Shown one piece after another: positions 39,601 through 51,374 of a stretch of 64,000 nt of DNA. The notes under the pieces were generated by a model. It had not been told where the DNA came from. It ran no database searches and saw only the letters and a list, made by a program, of their open reading frames with translations. The position numbers and the translations under genes were made by a program. This stretch comes from Utricularia gibba (lineage: Eukaryota > Plantae > Magnoliophyta), in NCBI GenBank assembly GCA_002189035.1, contig NEEC01000002.1:6386001-6450000 (forward strand). The letters are read 5' to 3'. Within the stretch, counting starts at the first letter, position 1, and each line of letters starts with the position of its first letter.

Positions 39601-39947
39601 TGCTTCCTGTCTTCATAATTTTTTATTTGCTTCTGGTTCATGCTTATTTTCAGGTGGCCGAACAGGCTACCGATTCTGAAAAGGCAATGGCTGTTTCTGA
39701 TTTTCTTGATTCCAGGCGTAAAAATAAGGTTAGCATAAACTTTAAATACCTCATGCAATCATGTATATTTCAGCTAATACCTGCAGCAACTCATGCAATC
39801 CTTGGTCACTTTGATTACCTGTGTTTCTTTACTAACAATTGGAAGTTTTTTTACTGCTTTTGTCACCAGATCCGAGCATTTGTAGACATACTGATAGAAA
39901 GACATATGGCTTCAGTGTGGGGTTCCAAACCTTCAGATAAAACTTAA
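33631..39947 (+). CDS. LDL3: Lysine-specific histone demethylase LDL3 (SWIRM, FAD amine oxidase, C-terminal domains), about 9 exons; one -1 frameshift at about 36577
   Basis: [120 protein letters not shown]. Confidence 0.96.
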
Positions 39948-41392
39948 TGATCCACCGTAACTCCAATACTCTGGAACCATAGCAGCTGCTAGTTGTTCAT
40001 GCCTCGCACAAAGCGTGAAAGCGGCCATATTGTTTGGTCATACCATCAGGATCACTCTGCCATGGGGTTCTCGAATTTCCAATCGGATTATTGAAAAATT
40101 TTGTTCTCCGGTTCCCAGGAATGGTGTTGCTTGTGAGAATTTGTTCTTCCTATTGGGTCTGTTAGGTAGAGTTAAGTTCAAGATCCCCAAAGCTTTCCAG
40201 ATGAGTGCTCATAGAACAGCAAGAATGACTCGATTTCCAACTTGGACCATTGTACAGATTGGATTTTCCTGTTTTTGAAACCAGCTATACATAATCATTC
40301 TTGAGCAGCAATTCTTTGAGAGTGATTCTCTTTTCCCCTGTTCCAGATAAGGAACTAAGATGTTCCTCCATGTTACATGTCCCTGAGTTCAGAGGCATTT
40401 CATTTCATCTTATTTGTTCCATTGGCTTCCAATTACAGTGAACTCCATGATTGAGGTTTGTCCAAGGAGGGCTTCAAGTTCTTTACCCAAGGTAACATGA
40501 TTCCTCTGCTTCTCCCTAAACAGGAGACATGGCAGTTACCATTTTCTCCTGATATCAGAATCAGAATCAGGCACTTAAAGAAGATGATCGATGCCCTCTG
40601 TTCACACCATCCGCCCCAGCTCTCTCATGGTATGTTTCCGGTGCTGGTATTCTCATTAGAAATGTGCGGTGGTTGCCAGACTCAAGCTTCTGTGTTATTT
40701 CTGGCAGGCTAGCACACCAACTTGCTTGGCTCTCCCGTCTTCACTACAGTACCAGGAAACCACTTGGAATCCATATGGTTCCAGTTTCTCCGGCCGCCTC
40801 CCTCGCCGGAACGCCACGCCGATCTACCAGACTAAGAACCCTAGTCATCCTTTTGATCTGACCTCCTCTTGTTGAAAAAATGGAACTTGCAACCTTCCTT
40901 TGTTTATCAGCAAAGGAATGCAGGTAGCTCAACACATTTGCACGGACTGTTTCATTTTCTTTGATTTTAGATTTTAGCATGATATTTTAATTTGTTTGAT
41001 ATTGAATATGTATGATATTAATTTATATAAAAATAAATTATTTGAAAAAAAAATAGATGAATATATCTTATAAATATTTAAATGTATTGCAGGATAGTTC
41101 GTAGGTTTATAAATATCTCTTTCCATTTCCTTAAATTATATAATTATTTTTTTATTTTAGCATTCGGTTTAGTATCAATACTACACATTTTTTGAAAAAT
41201 TCTATTCGGTCAAAATTCGGTATTTCTTCATTTTTCGATAATGGATAGTTGGATTATAAAATGGCTTTATCGTTGAGAATGAAGGCCCACCGGAGGAAGA
41301 ATTGGCGTTCAAGGAAGGAAAGTTGATGCACGGTGCTGTCTGATCTCAAATTCTATGTATAAATGGAGGAGATGACCGGAAAACGTCATGCA

Positions 41393-41857
41393 ATGGCGAC
41401 CCTGCAGACCAGACAAGCACTGAGGGTCCTCATTTTCGCGTTGCTGATCGTCCTTTCGATCTCCCGAGGAGAAAAGGCTGCAACTTTCCAACCGCAGGGC
41501 GCCCATAACGGAGCTACTGATCGTGAAGCTGTCGATGAACGAACAGTGACTGGTGGTGGGATCGGAGGATTTTCATGGGGATGGGGTGGGGGCGGCGGTG
41601 GCGGGGGTGGAGGAAGGAATGGAGGTTGGGGATGGGGGTGGGGAGGCGGCGGCGGCGGCGGGTACTCGAGGTGGGGCTGCGGCGGAAAATGGCGCCGTTT
41701 CGCCGGAAAAAGAGATCACAGACTAGGTGAATATGGTCAGTGCATGGTGCCTGGAAGATGCATGGGGATGAGACTGGACTGCCCTCTTCACTGCGGCGGC
41801 CCCTGCCTTTACGACTGCAGACACATGTGCAGAGCTCTCTGTAAAAACCATGAATAA
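41393..41857 (+). CDS. Secreted glycine-rich cell-wall protein with C-terminal Cys-rich domain
   Basis: Signal-peptide-like N-terminus, GGG/WGWG repeats, and CMGMRLDCPLHCGGPCLYDCRHMCRALC. Confidence 0.9.
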   Translation: MATLQTRQALRVLIFALLIVLSISRGEKAATFQPQGAHNGATDREAVDERTVTGGGIGGFSWGWGGGGGGGGGGRNGGWGWGWGGGGGGGYSRWGCGGKWRRFAGKRDHRLGEYGQCMVPGRCMGMRLDCPLHCGGPCLYDCRHMCRALCKNHE

Positions 41858-42548
41858 TTTTCTTCCACGAAGTTCAAATAATTTACAGTAAAATGTTTGT
41901 CTCGTCTCAGTACAGCATTAGGATCATGAAATAATTGAAGAACAATCACTTATTTTTGTTCCTTTTCTTACATTTATGTCTGTTTGGTGTGATCTAAGAC
42001 ACAGCAGCTGCTACGCCCTTGTGGTCTTGTCTCCTTTCAAATTATTTACATGGCCGGTGGTAGTTGCAGCCAGATAGGACCCAGGCTCCACACGCCACCA
42101 ACTAGGCCATGATTTTACTTTTTTACAGCAGCACTGAGAAGCAGTAACTGAAGATTATTAAGCTGATGAGAAGGAATCCTTTTTTTTTTCAAAAGAAATA
42201 GCTGTGGATGAAAGATTCCATTCGTGCAAATCTTCCAAGGAGAAGATGGAAAATGGATGAAAATGACAGAGTAACGCTTACCCAGAAGTGCATCACCTTC
42301 CAAATTTCCTGCGTGTACAAAAGCAAAAGCGAAAGCGAAAGCACTGTGCTGATGCACATTCAGCAACAACAGTTAAATGATTGATGGTGGTGAGATCTGC
42401 CGTTCTTTACGCAAGGAAAATACAGGAAGTACAAGCAAAGCTTCACCAGCCAACAGCACAACACATTCATCTCCAAGTTGAGAACCAGCCAGATACTGAA
42501 ATGCTACGCTCCCAGTTATTGAGCTTGAAGTTGAAAGTGGAGGTGGGA

Positions 42549-43591
42549 CTAGAACTTCGAAAACCTGGGCCTTTTGGATGCTGACCTTTCACCATTTGGG
42601 ACTGTGAACATGTTGGCAGGTACTTGGAAGCATTCAGGGAAATCTGGCACAAGTGAGCAGGAATCATCGATGAGTCTTTTGTTGAGTTTCCTTGAGAAAT
42701 GCTCCTTGGTTTCAGTTGTTGATTCCAATTGTAGCTGTATGGAGTGATTGGGCTGATTCTGTGTATGATACAGAGTAGATTGAGGGACCCAAAATCCCAG
42801 CTCATCTGAGGGGAATGAGCACAATTTTGTTTGCAATTCAGCACCCATCATCGGAGGCACCTGCTCATCGTTCACTTCCTGAGGATCAGCGGGCCATCAA
42901 AGAAAAGATCTTAATGAAAAAGGGGGATTTTTTTTTTTCATGATGATCAAAAGACAAACCTCAGAGAGATTGTAAGAAGCGGAGAAAGAAGAATAGAGGA
43001 GATAGTCCTCAACTTGCCAGTCAGGAAGCGTTTGTATCAGATGACCTGATATACCACTTCCATTCATCAGATTGGCTGTGGATTTAACATCTACAGAAAC
43101 TTTTGAGCTAACAGAGTTGACACTCGTGGGAGCAGAGTCAGTTTCCAGCGAAGAAATGTGACAAGAGGGAGCCGCAGACACTTTGAGACCAATCAGCAAG
43201 AACCTTGTGTGCATCTGAGTGTGCTTATTCGTTCTATGGATCGAAACATCACAATCTCTGCATAGAATCGCCCTGTCTTGTTGACAGAACAAGAAAGCCC
43301 GTCTCTCCTACACATCAAAACAAACAATCAGAGATCACTGCATAAAAGTAACCGATTCACAAAGAGCTCAAGACAGAATGTTGGAAAAAGGGAAAGTTCT
43401 CAGGCCTTGCAGATATCGCAGAGAATGGATTCTTTCGAAGATGGGTGCTCAACAGAGAACCGCTGGTGCTTCCCCGCAAGCTTATTAGCATGGTGGACGC
43501 GGCGATCGCAGTCAACGCAAAGAACAGCTTCATCCGCCGCGCAGAAAACTGAAGCTTCACTTTTTTCACACACGTCGCACAGAATCCTCAT
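42549..43591 (-). CDS. BBX21: Double B-box zinc-finger protein BBX21/BBX20-like, 3 exons (43591-43406, 43307-42960, 42878-42549); intron 1 needs a GC donor
   Basis: MRILCDVC...FCAADEAVLCVDCDRRVHHANKLAGKHQRF; ERRAFLFCQQDRAILCRDCD; QTLPDWQVEDYL; FWVPQ/VP motifs; KRPR NLS. Confidence 0.9.
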
Positions 43592-45712
43592 TATGTACTC
43601 TTACCCGCCTCAGTCTCCAGTTCTTGCACAAGATTTTGATGGTGAAGTTAAAGAATCTGCGAGCAAGGAAGCGACAGGTACAGGGAAAGGTGTAGTTGCT
43701 GAATGTAAGAGTGATGGGCGGAAGAAGAAGAAGAAGAAGAAACCTGAAAGAAAGGGAGGGGATGAATTAATTATCATTAAATGCATTTTCAAAATTAATT
43801 AATGTTTATCTGAAATTAAAACGTCTTTTTCATTACTAATCATTTAAAATAAAAATACGATAATGAAAATGAAATTAATAATTTAATTTATTTATTAGAT
43901 AAAAAGACAGCTTTTATATAATTCGGATTAATAAGATATTTAAAAAAGGAATATAAATAAACTGTTTTCATAATTAAAAAAACAATCCCGGTATCAATTT
44001 TATAATAATTTATTACGCGTCTTCGAATAATATGAGTACATTAATAATAATAATAAAATGAATAATTTAAAATTGCAATGATTTTCTGGACTTCCAGAAA
44101 ACTCTAGAGGCATGGAGAGAGAAACACATGGGCCCACAACATGCATTTCGTGTTGTCGGGCATATCTCACTAAAATTTAGGAGTGGCACTTTTTTCCAGA
44201 TAATGCATATATTCATGTATGATTATTGGACCAAAACAATATCATATCATATAATTACAATGATATAATCATCAATATAGTAAATTGTGATTTATTAGTA
44301 ATTTATTGAATATAACCTTTTCGAATATAATTTTTATTCTTTATGTATTTTAATTTTATACGTGTACTCATTTGATTTATTAGATATTAATATGATATTT
44401 ATATTGTGGTAGGAATTGGATAATAAGATGGTTTTTATTTTGATCTGAGTTTTGACTTAAGATCATTGAGTTTATATAACAAAAAATAGATTTTTTTATG
44501 ATTCGAGTAATTCTTACAATTATAAAAAAAAGTTTTAATCAAACAAAAAAATGTCAATTCAATTTGAGGGCTGATATTCATGCAAAACAATACAATATTA
44601 GAAAATTAAAATAGAATGATCAGGTGTATAGAGATTATAATAATTGATAATTAAGTAAATCTATTTTTTTAAAATATAATTTACATTTATTATGTAATTA
44701 AATTTCAATTCGCTCCACAACCCATCAGATCTCATTTAAATAATGATAGAGTTGCTAGAATACAACCAGTCCACACTGAGGATCTTCATGCCTAGCAGCC
44801 TCATTGTTCACCAAAACCCCAAAGAGGAGTTCCTTCTTCTAAGGATATGGTGACTTGTGATCTTGTGATTACCAATGACTGACTTTGTACTGCACTCAGA
44901 AAGATGATTCTGATGTAGCATTCTTTTGGTGAAATTATTATTTACATGGGTTTTTTTAAAAAATATCCAATGTCAAAATACTATGTGAAAAAAAAAAGTC
45001 TTGGTGTGTAAGAGAGAAATGTACAATAGGTATTTTTTAAAAACACCCTTATTTCCACCATCTATATATGTATAATTTTGAAAAATAACCACTATTAAAT
45101 GACTATGTTAAAAATTACGGATCTTGTATGTAATTTTTTGAGTTTAGTATGTGATGGATAAATACAGATTGTGTACTTTTATAAACTACCCATGGGGCAA
45201 ACCTCCATGCTTCATACCCTAAAAGTAGCAAACCCTTTCTGTCTCGACTTATGGGGAGGAATTTCTTGAAGTTCTCACAACCCTTTGCTCATACCCCAAT
45301 TCGTTCAGCTTTCTCCCATTCCTTGCTTGGAGCTAAGTCCAACCTTATTGTCTGAAGCTGAGAGGTTATTTACTGAATGAAAACCCTTCTAAGGTTTCTA
45401 CTGACATCTTTGAGCTTTTTCAAATGCTCTTGCATTTTCTGCAAAGACAGTTAAAAGAAAGTGAAGCATGACCCTCTTCTTGAAACCCTAAACCAGATCA
45501 GAAAAAACCATGGTTTACCATATTTATGAGTAGTATATATAGGGTAGATATTGTATATAGTAATTAGTGTATGATTTTTTATACTTAAAGTCAAGAACAT
45601 CATGTATATAAATATTAAATTATGACCAATAAGAAATACTGTTTTTTATCAATTTCTTTTATTGAATTCTTGAGATATCCACTATCCATAAGTGAATCTC
45701 TACTCATAGTTT

Positions 45713-45900
45713 TGTGTCATCCCACATCGGAAGTTGAAATGAGTGAATTGACCATTCCATTGTCTTCTTATACAAAAGAAGACCACTTTAGGAATCCAGG
45801 GATCTTTCCTATATTTAGAGAGATTTATTGTACAAATAGGTCAGGCCCAATAGTTGGTAATTCATTATCTTTTACATGGGCTAAATTGGGCTGCTACACA
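45713..45900 (+). mobile_element. Possible solo LTR fragment (TG...CA) containing ATCCCACATCGG
   Basis: Starts TGTGTCATCCCACATCGG, ends TGGGCTGCTACACA and has an internal TATA-like motif, as in many copia-type LTRs; no TSD found. Confidence 0.3.
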
Positions 45901-46698
45901 TAATGGGCTCTTCAACCTTACCCATGCATGAAATTTTTATAGTAAAAATAATTGCAGAATTAGATTATAAAATTATTATTTTCATCACAAACTTAATATC
46001 ATTGTCAATTAATAGTAAATCTACCAAAACAATTGAACATTTATCATCAAAATTCTTAAAAAAAAAATATAATTCATAAATTATCAATAAATATAGACAC
46101 AATAAGTTGAAATTTTGTAGTTACATTAAAAAAAAATTATGACGAGTCATTTATAAAACTAATCATCCTTGTATTCTCTCTCACATATTTAAATAGAAAT
46201 TTTTTAAATAAGGGTGTTCAATTTTTTCAAACACTCAGGATTTCAACAGCACGCTGCTGCTGAACCAGAGTTTTTCAGCCATCAAGTGTTGGATTTCTGA
46301 AAGGCCCATTTTAGGGTTAGTGTTTCACGTTTCCTATTCGAACCCATTATGGAGACTACGGTCTTCATCGAATGCGCTACGGTGATAGCTTCTTGCACTG
46401 GTTTGCATCCTGTTGGTTATGCTTCAATGTTTTCGATGAATAGATGGTTACTTGAAGCGATAGGTCATCAATTCTCAATGTTCATGTCTAGGGGTAGCCG
46501 TCACTCTGAAGCCATGGATCAAGGTCAACTTAACATCTAGGATTAGATTAACATTTTAGTAAGCTAGGTGTAGTGTAGAGTTTATGATGGGTTTCTTTTG
46601 AATGGGGCGAAGGGCCTCCTCTGTTTTGCATTGACCACAGCATCAGATTGATCGAAAGCTCTGTTTTTTTGTAGCAGAAGGTGGAAGGGAATGGAGAT

Positions 46699-46721
46699 GG
46701 GGATGGGGATGGGGATGGGGG
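46699..46721 (+). other. Perfect G-quadruplex motif G4-AT-G4-AT-G4-AT-G5
   Basis: GGGGATGGGGATGGGGATGGGGG read directly. Confidence 0.75.
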
Positions 46722-47707
46722 TTCAGCTTCAGTATCTGTCACCAAACTGTCGAAAGCAGGCAGATGAAGCTTAAATGAAATCAAAGACCACCAAAAAACC
46801 AACTGTATGGCTATGGCTACAGCTAGCAGGCAACGCCCATCTGGTTATTTCACTTGGCCGGAAGCGTAAAACTGGCCAATCCTTTAGGTCCACCAACTGG
46901 TGGTTATGCCATCAAGATCTCAACTCAACAGCTATTGAACCCAACGCCCTTTTTCCTTTGACCAACTTTTTTTGGTTACATATTTATCCTGCCTTGTGTT
47001 CCCAAGTGAAACTATCTACAGATCTCCTCGTAATCATGGTGCCCTCTCTGTGATGAAGTACAAAGAGGGGAAAAAAACATATGGGTATGGGCTATTAGTT
47101 CATTTCCTCCTCTTCAGAAGAATATTTTTTTCCAGTTGCTGTCACCCAATCATAGCTTGTGGGCATTGCTGTTTGATTGGGTTGTTTCCTTTGGGGTTTT
47201 CTTTTATTTAATTTCCTTCTGAGATCAATTCCCAGCTCCTCCTGTTGACGATCATCTTTTGTGCCCCGATCGTGGGGGCAGTTATTGCAAGGGGATGTTC
47301 CTGTCTTCATTCACCAGGTCACTTTTGTTCTTCTTTTTTGGTAGTTTAGAAGTCCCAACTTTTTCTCTGTGAAAAATTTCTTTCGTCTTACCAGAGGTTT
47401 CGATAAAGTTTTAGTTGTTGAAACCGGTTGGTGAATCCAATTCCTTAAAACTGACTTAAAAGCTGAAGAGGAAGGGGACCAAAGTTTCCTCCTTTTTTCT
47501 TTTTTGTTCATGTAAGTTGGGAAGATGAAGGCTTTTTCTTAGTTTCCTTAATGGGTGTCTTCGTTTTTGGTTTTTATTGTATTAGGCTGCTTGTGCTGAA
47601 CTTCTGTAAGGGTTTAGGTTGCTCGATCGCTGCAAATTTGATTGCGAACTTGTGATGATTTGTGGTTTGACTTGGTATCCTGCGCTGAGGTCTCAGGTGA
47701 AGAAGAG

Positions 47708-49595
47708 ATGCTTCCTTCAACATACTTGGTGGATCAGAAACTTGCTGCACTCGCCAACACCGAGGGATATTCGAACCAGGCATCAGATTCCCTGTTGTAT
47801 CAGAACTTGTTGGCTACTGATTCCGTTTCAGCTCAAGAATTCATTGCATCTGAAGGCGGAACCAGAGATGTGATGCTGTTTATTCCTCCTAATAATGTTC
47901 CCTCAGGGATGTTTTCTTCCAAGGAAGTGCAAGTCCATTGTTCTGAACCCATTTCGCAGCACCATGGATTGTCTCTCAGCTTGGGAACTCAAGAACCGTC
48001 TCTTCTCCACCTGCATCCAGATTCGAACCAGTTCTCGAACCCCGGCTTGTGTTCTTTTATCCATCAAGACATGCAGTTGGGGCTGCAGCACCTTCCCCGG
48101 AATGATGATATGAAGAATGTTCATTACCTGCCTTTTGGTTCCCAGAGGGGATGTCTAGACACCATGGTTGGCTCAAATACGAGCTTCGTGCCGGCTCTGA
48201 ACCAGGGACTGGCGTATACAGATGTTCTTTGCAACTCCAAGTATATCAAAGCGGCTCAAGATCTGCTCCATGAGCTGGTGAATGCTCACCAGGAGACGAT
48301 GCCACCGTCTGGGAAGCCAGAATACGGCGAAGTTGCTAAACATGGGTCACCGGAATCCAGTAACGACCTTCGTGATCTGCAGGATAAGCTGGCAAAGCTT
48401 TCCTCCATGCTGGTTGAGGTGACACTGCAGCTAACTCCTCATGCTTTCTCTTTCATGGTTGTTCAGTTAAGCAACTGAAATGTCAAGTTCCCTGATTCTC
48501 CTTTAGGTGGATAGGTGCTACAAGCTTTACTGCAACCAGCTGGGAATGTTGGCATCATCATTCGACAGCGTGGCTGGTCGTGGCGCTGTGTTTCCTTACA
48601 CTTCAGTCACACGCAAGAGGATATCACGCCAGTTCCGGAGTCTGCACGATGCAATCAAGAAGCAAATCGAAGCAGGTGAAAGGAACTTGGGGCAGAGAGA
48701 TGATGCTGCTACTCAGAGCTCAAGAACAGGAACACTGTGCCGCCTTCGCCGGGTAGATGAGCAGCTCCGCAGCCAAAAAGCCATTCAACATTTCGGTGTA
48801 ATGAGACGGCCATGGCGGCCACAAAGAGGCCTTCCTGAGACTGCAATCTCAATCCTCAGAGCCTGGCTTTTCGAGCATTTCCTTCACCCGTATGTATGCT
48901 CTTTCCAGTACTTCTCATTGGTGGATGCTCGCTTTCATATAGAACGCAATGATCACTCTGATCCATTCACAGATACCCGTCTGATTCCGAAAAACTCGTC
49001 CTTGCAACAAGAGCAGGTTTATCTCGAAGCCAGGTGAGCATCTCCTTCTCCCCTGTAACAGGTCTGAACTAATATTGCTGCGCTCATGTACATATTTTCC
49101 GGCGATCGCCCCATTTCCATAGCTTTCTCTAACATTTTTAACCATTGACGAGCTTGTTCAAGTGTATGCAGATTCCTGCTCTGCATCAAGGTGATCATGC
49201 TTTGCTTTTCGTTGCATCAGGTAGCGAACTGGTTTATAAACGCCCGTGTTCGACTTTGGAAGCCGATGATCGAGGACATATACAGGGAGGAATTCGGCGA
49301 TGAGGGTGGTCCACCGGAATCCCCACCCAAAAACGCAGAACGAAATCAAGAAACGCCATGCCTGGACAACAGGGAGGAGGGTGTGATCCCCGGAGCTGTG
49401 GCACTAATGGACTCCAAAACCGTACTAAAAAGAAGCTCTGTTTCTCTTGATCTAGGCCTGCAGAACAATCAGAAAGACTCATCCATGACCGGAGCTACTC
49501 CAGAAGCAAACCATACTCCTGCTTGGATTCGATTCTCCGAGCACGACGACATGGGTTGCGGTGAGACGGAGCTTGGTAGACCCTTGGATCAGTGA
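47708..49595 (+). CDS. BLH: BEL1-like TALE homeodomain protein (probably BLH11-like), 4 exons
   Basis: LSLSLG; SKY box [17 protein letters not shown]; BELL domain; homeodomain WRPQRGLPE...[19 protein letters not shown]...[18 protein letters not shown]; VSLDLGL. Confidence 0.93.
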
Positions 49596-50665
49596 TCTCC
49601 GTGTAGAAGATGTACAATAGGGAATCAACATTGGGTTCTTGTGGATAGTTCAGTAGCATTCTGTATACAAAATGGAACCTCAGCACCTTACTGCACATTT
49701 GTCTGAACTGCTGGAGTGGGGGTGACGCGTTTCTTCAGAATTGACCAATGAAATTGAGCCACGTAGATTCCGGGTAGCCAATACTGGGCCGACACAGCGC
49801 GCGGAACCTAAAAAGCCCACGAAAGTGGGCCGGCAGCAGAGTTTTTTATGAATTAATATAACAAAATTAAATTGTTTTGTTTTTTTTGCTTATTTTGATT
49901 ATAATAGCCATTTTTATAAATTTTCAGATTTTGATATGATTATTTTTTAATTATGGTAAAATTTAAACTAATAAATTTATGATTAATATTCCTATTTTAC
50001 GAAATAATTACGTCTATTTAGTAAACGTGATTTTTAATATGTGTATAATTTATAAAAGACTTATATAAATTCTTCAATTATATTTTTCAAAATTATTATC
50101 TCACATAGCTTTTCTTAATAAAATGAGTTTTAATTATTATTTATTTCATTTATTCTAAATACATCTATTAAACACATATTTGTAAAATATATCAACCAAA
50201 TGCACTTTTAACCAGTGTTTTAAAATCGGGTTTAACTCATTCTCCTATTTACTAATAGTTTGGAATTGAACCTTATATACGATAAATTAAATTTATAAAA
50301 ATCTTACGGAAAATAAAAATAATTATTTAAATTTAATATTTTGTGTAGAAATTATTGATTCGATCTAAAAAATCATGGAATTTAAAATACTAATTCCAAA
50401 CTTAATTAGATAATACGTATTTATCTAAATATAAATAATACCAGGTAAAAATTGGAACTAAAAGCACACCATTGCATAAATGACAAAGCTACGGTAAAAA
50501 CAAAGCTCTCCGACGGGAAAGAAAACGACAACGTTTATTATTTTAATATTTATGATGATATTATTTCATCATTTATTAAGGAATAAGTCGGCTGGAAAAG
50601 ACGAGATTCCGTGGTGGTATGCAGCAGGGAATCATCTCTCGAATCCTAATTCCTGCGTCTTGTTC

Positions 50666-51150
50666 TCAATAATTGAACATCATTTCCGCGGTCGCCATGA
50701 TCGGAAAGTGTTGGCCGCCGCCGGGTGCGTTTGGGTTCCACATCCCTCCGCTGGGGAAGAACCCTTCGGAGAGACCCATGTGAAACTCCTCTGATTCGGA
50801 AGTGCACGCGCCGCCGTAGTGGTGCGGATTGTTGCTGACGGAGTTCAGGACTCCGTTGAGGTAGTTTAGACTCTGTGTCAGCTCCGTCATCTGCGCGCGT
50901 AGAACCGAATTCGCGGATTCCATCCGGGCATAGCTTTCCATCATCAAACCCACGCTCCTCAGCATCTGCGCGTTCTCCTTCCGCAGTTCGGCCCCTCCGC
51001 TGTCAGATCATCGAGATGCTTCTGCTTCCGCAGCCTGGATCGCCGTGCCGATTCCCGATTCGACTCCATCCGCTTCCTCTTCCGCTGATCCACCAAATCC
51101 CCATCCGACCCAGCACCAGAAACCGACGAAATCCCAGCAGAGGACGCCAT
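50666..51150 (-). CDS. bZIP44: Group S1 bZIP transcription factor (bZIP11/bZIP44-like); one -1 frameshift at about 50992-50995
   Basis: DQRKRKRMESNRESARRSRLRKQKHLDDL, ESANSVLRAQMTELT and PIMATAEMMFNY; the 485-nt span is one base short of a multiple of 3. Confidence 0.9.
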
Positions 51151-51254
51151 TTCGCCGGGAAATCCAGATACCCAGTTACCAAAATCGCAGCTTTCCTCAG
51201 TAAAAAATTCTCTAAACTGGAGAAATGGGTGCGCTTTCTTTCCGGGAATGCTGC

Positions 51255-51374
51255 TTACGAGATAACGTAGAACCAGTAAAGAAAAACCACAGAGAAAGAG
51301 TGAACGAGATGGGTTCCACGACGGAGCGAAGAGTCGGTGACCATACAAGCAAGTTCTATCAAGCTCTGAGGCAT
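51255..51374 (-). promoter_or_regulatory. Conserved-peptide uORF for sucrose-induced repression of translation (SIRT), 39 aa
   Basis: MPQSLIELACMVTDSSLRRGTHLVHSFSVVFLYWFYVIS* matches the S1-bZIP uORF2 consensus (RRRTHLVQSFSVVFLYWFYVFS) and lies 104 nt upstream of the main ATG. Confidence 0.95.

Noticed and set aside
45719-45780. snRNA gene downstream of the USE motif
   Set aside because: USE-TATA spacing is wrong and the downstream sequence does not resemble U1, U2, U3, U4, U5, U6, 7SL or MRP.
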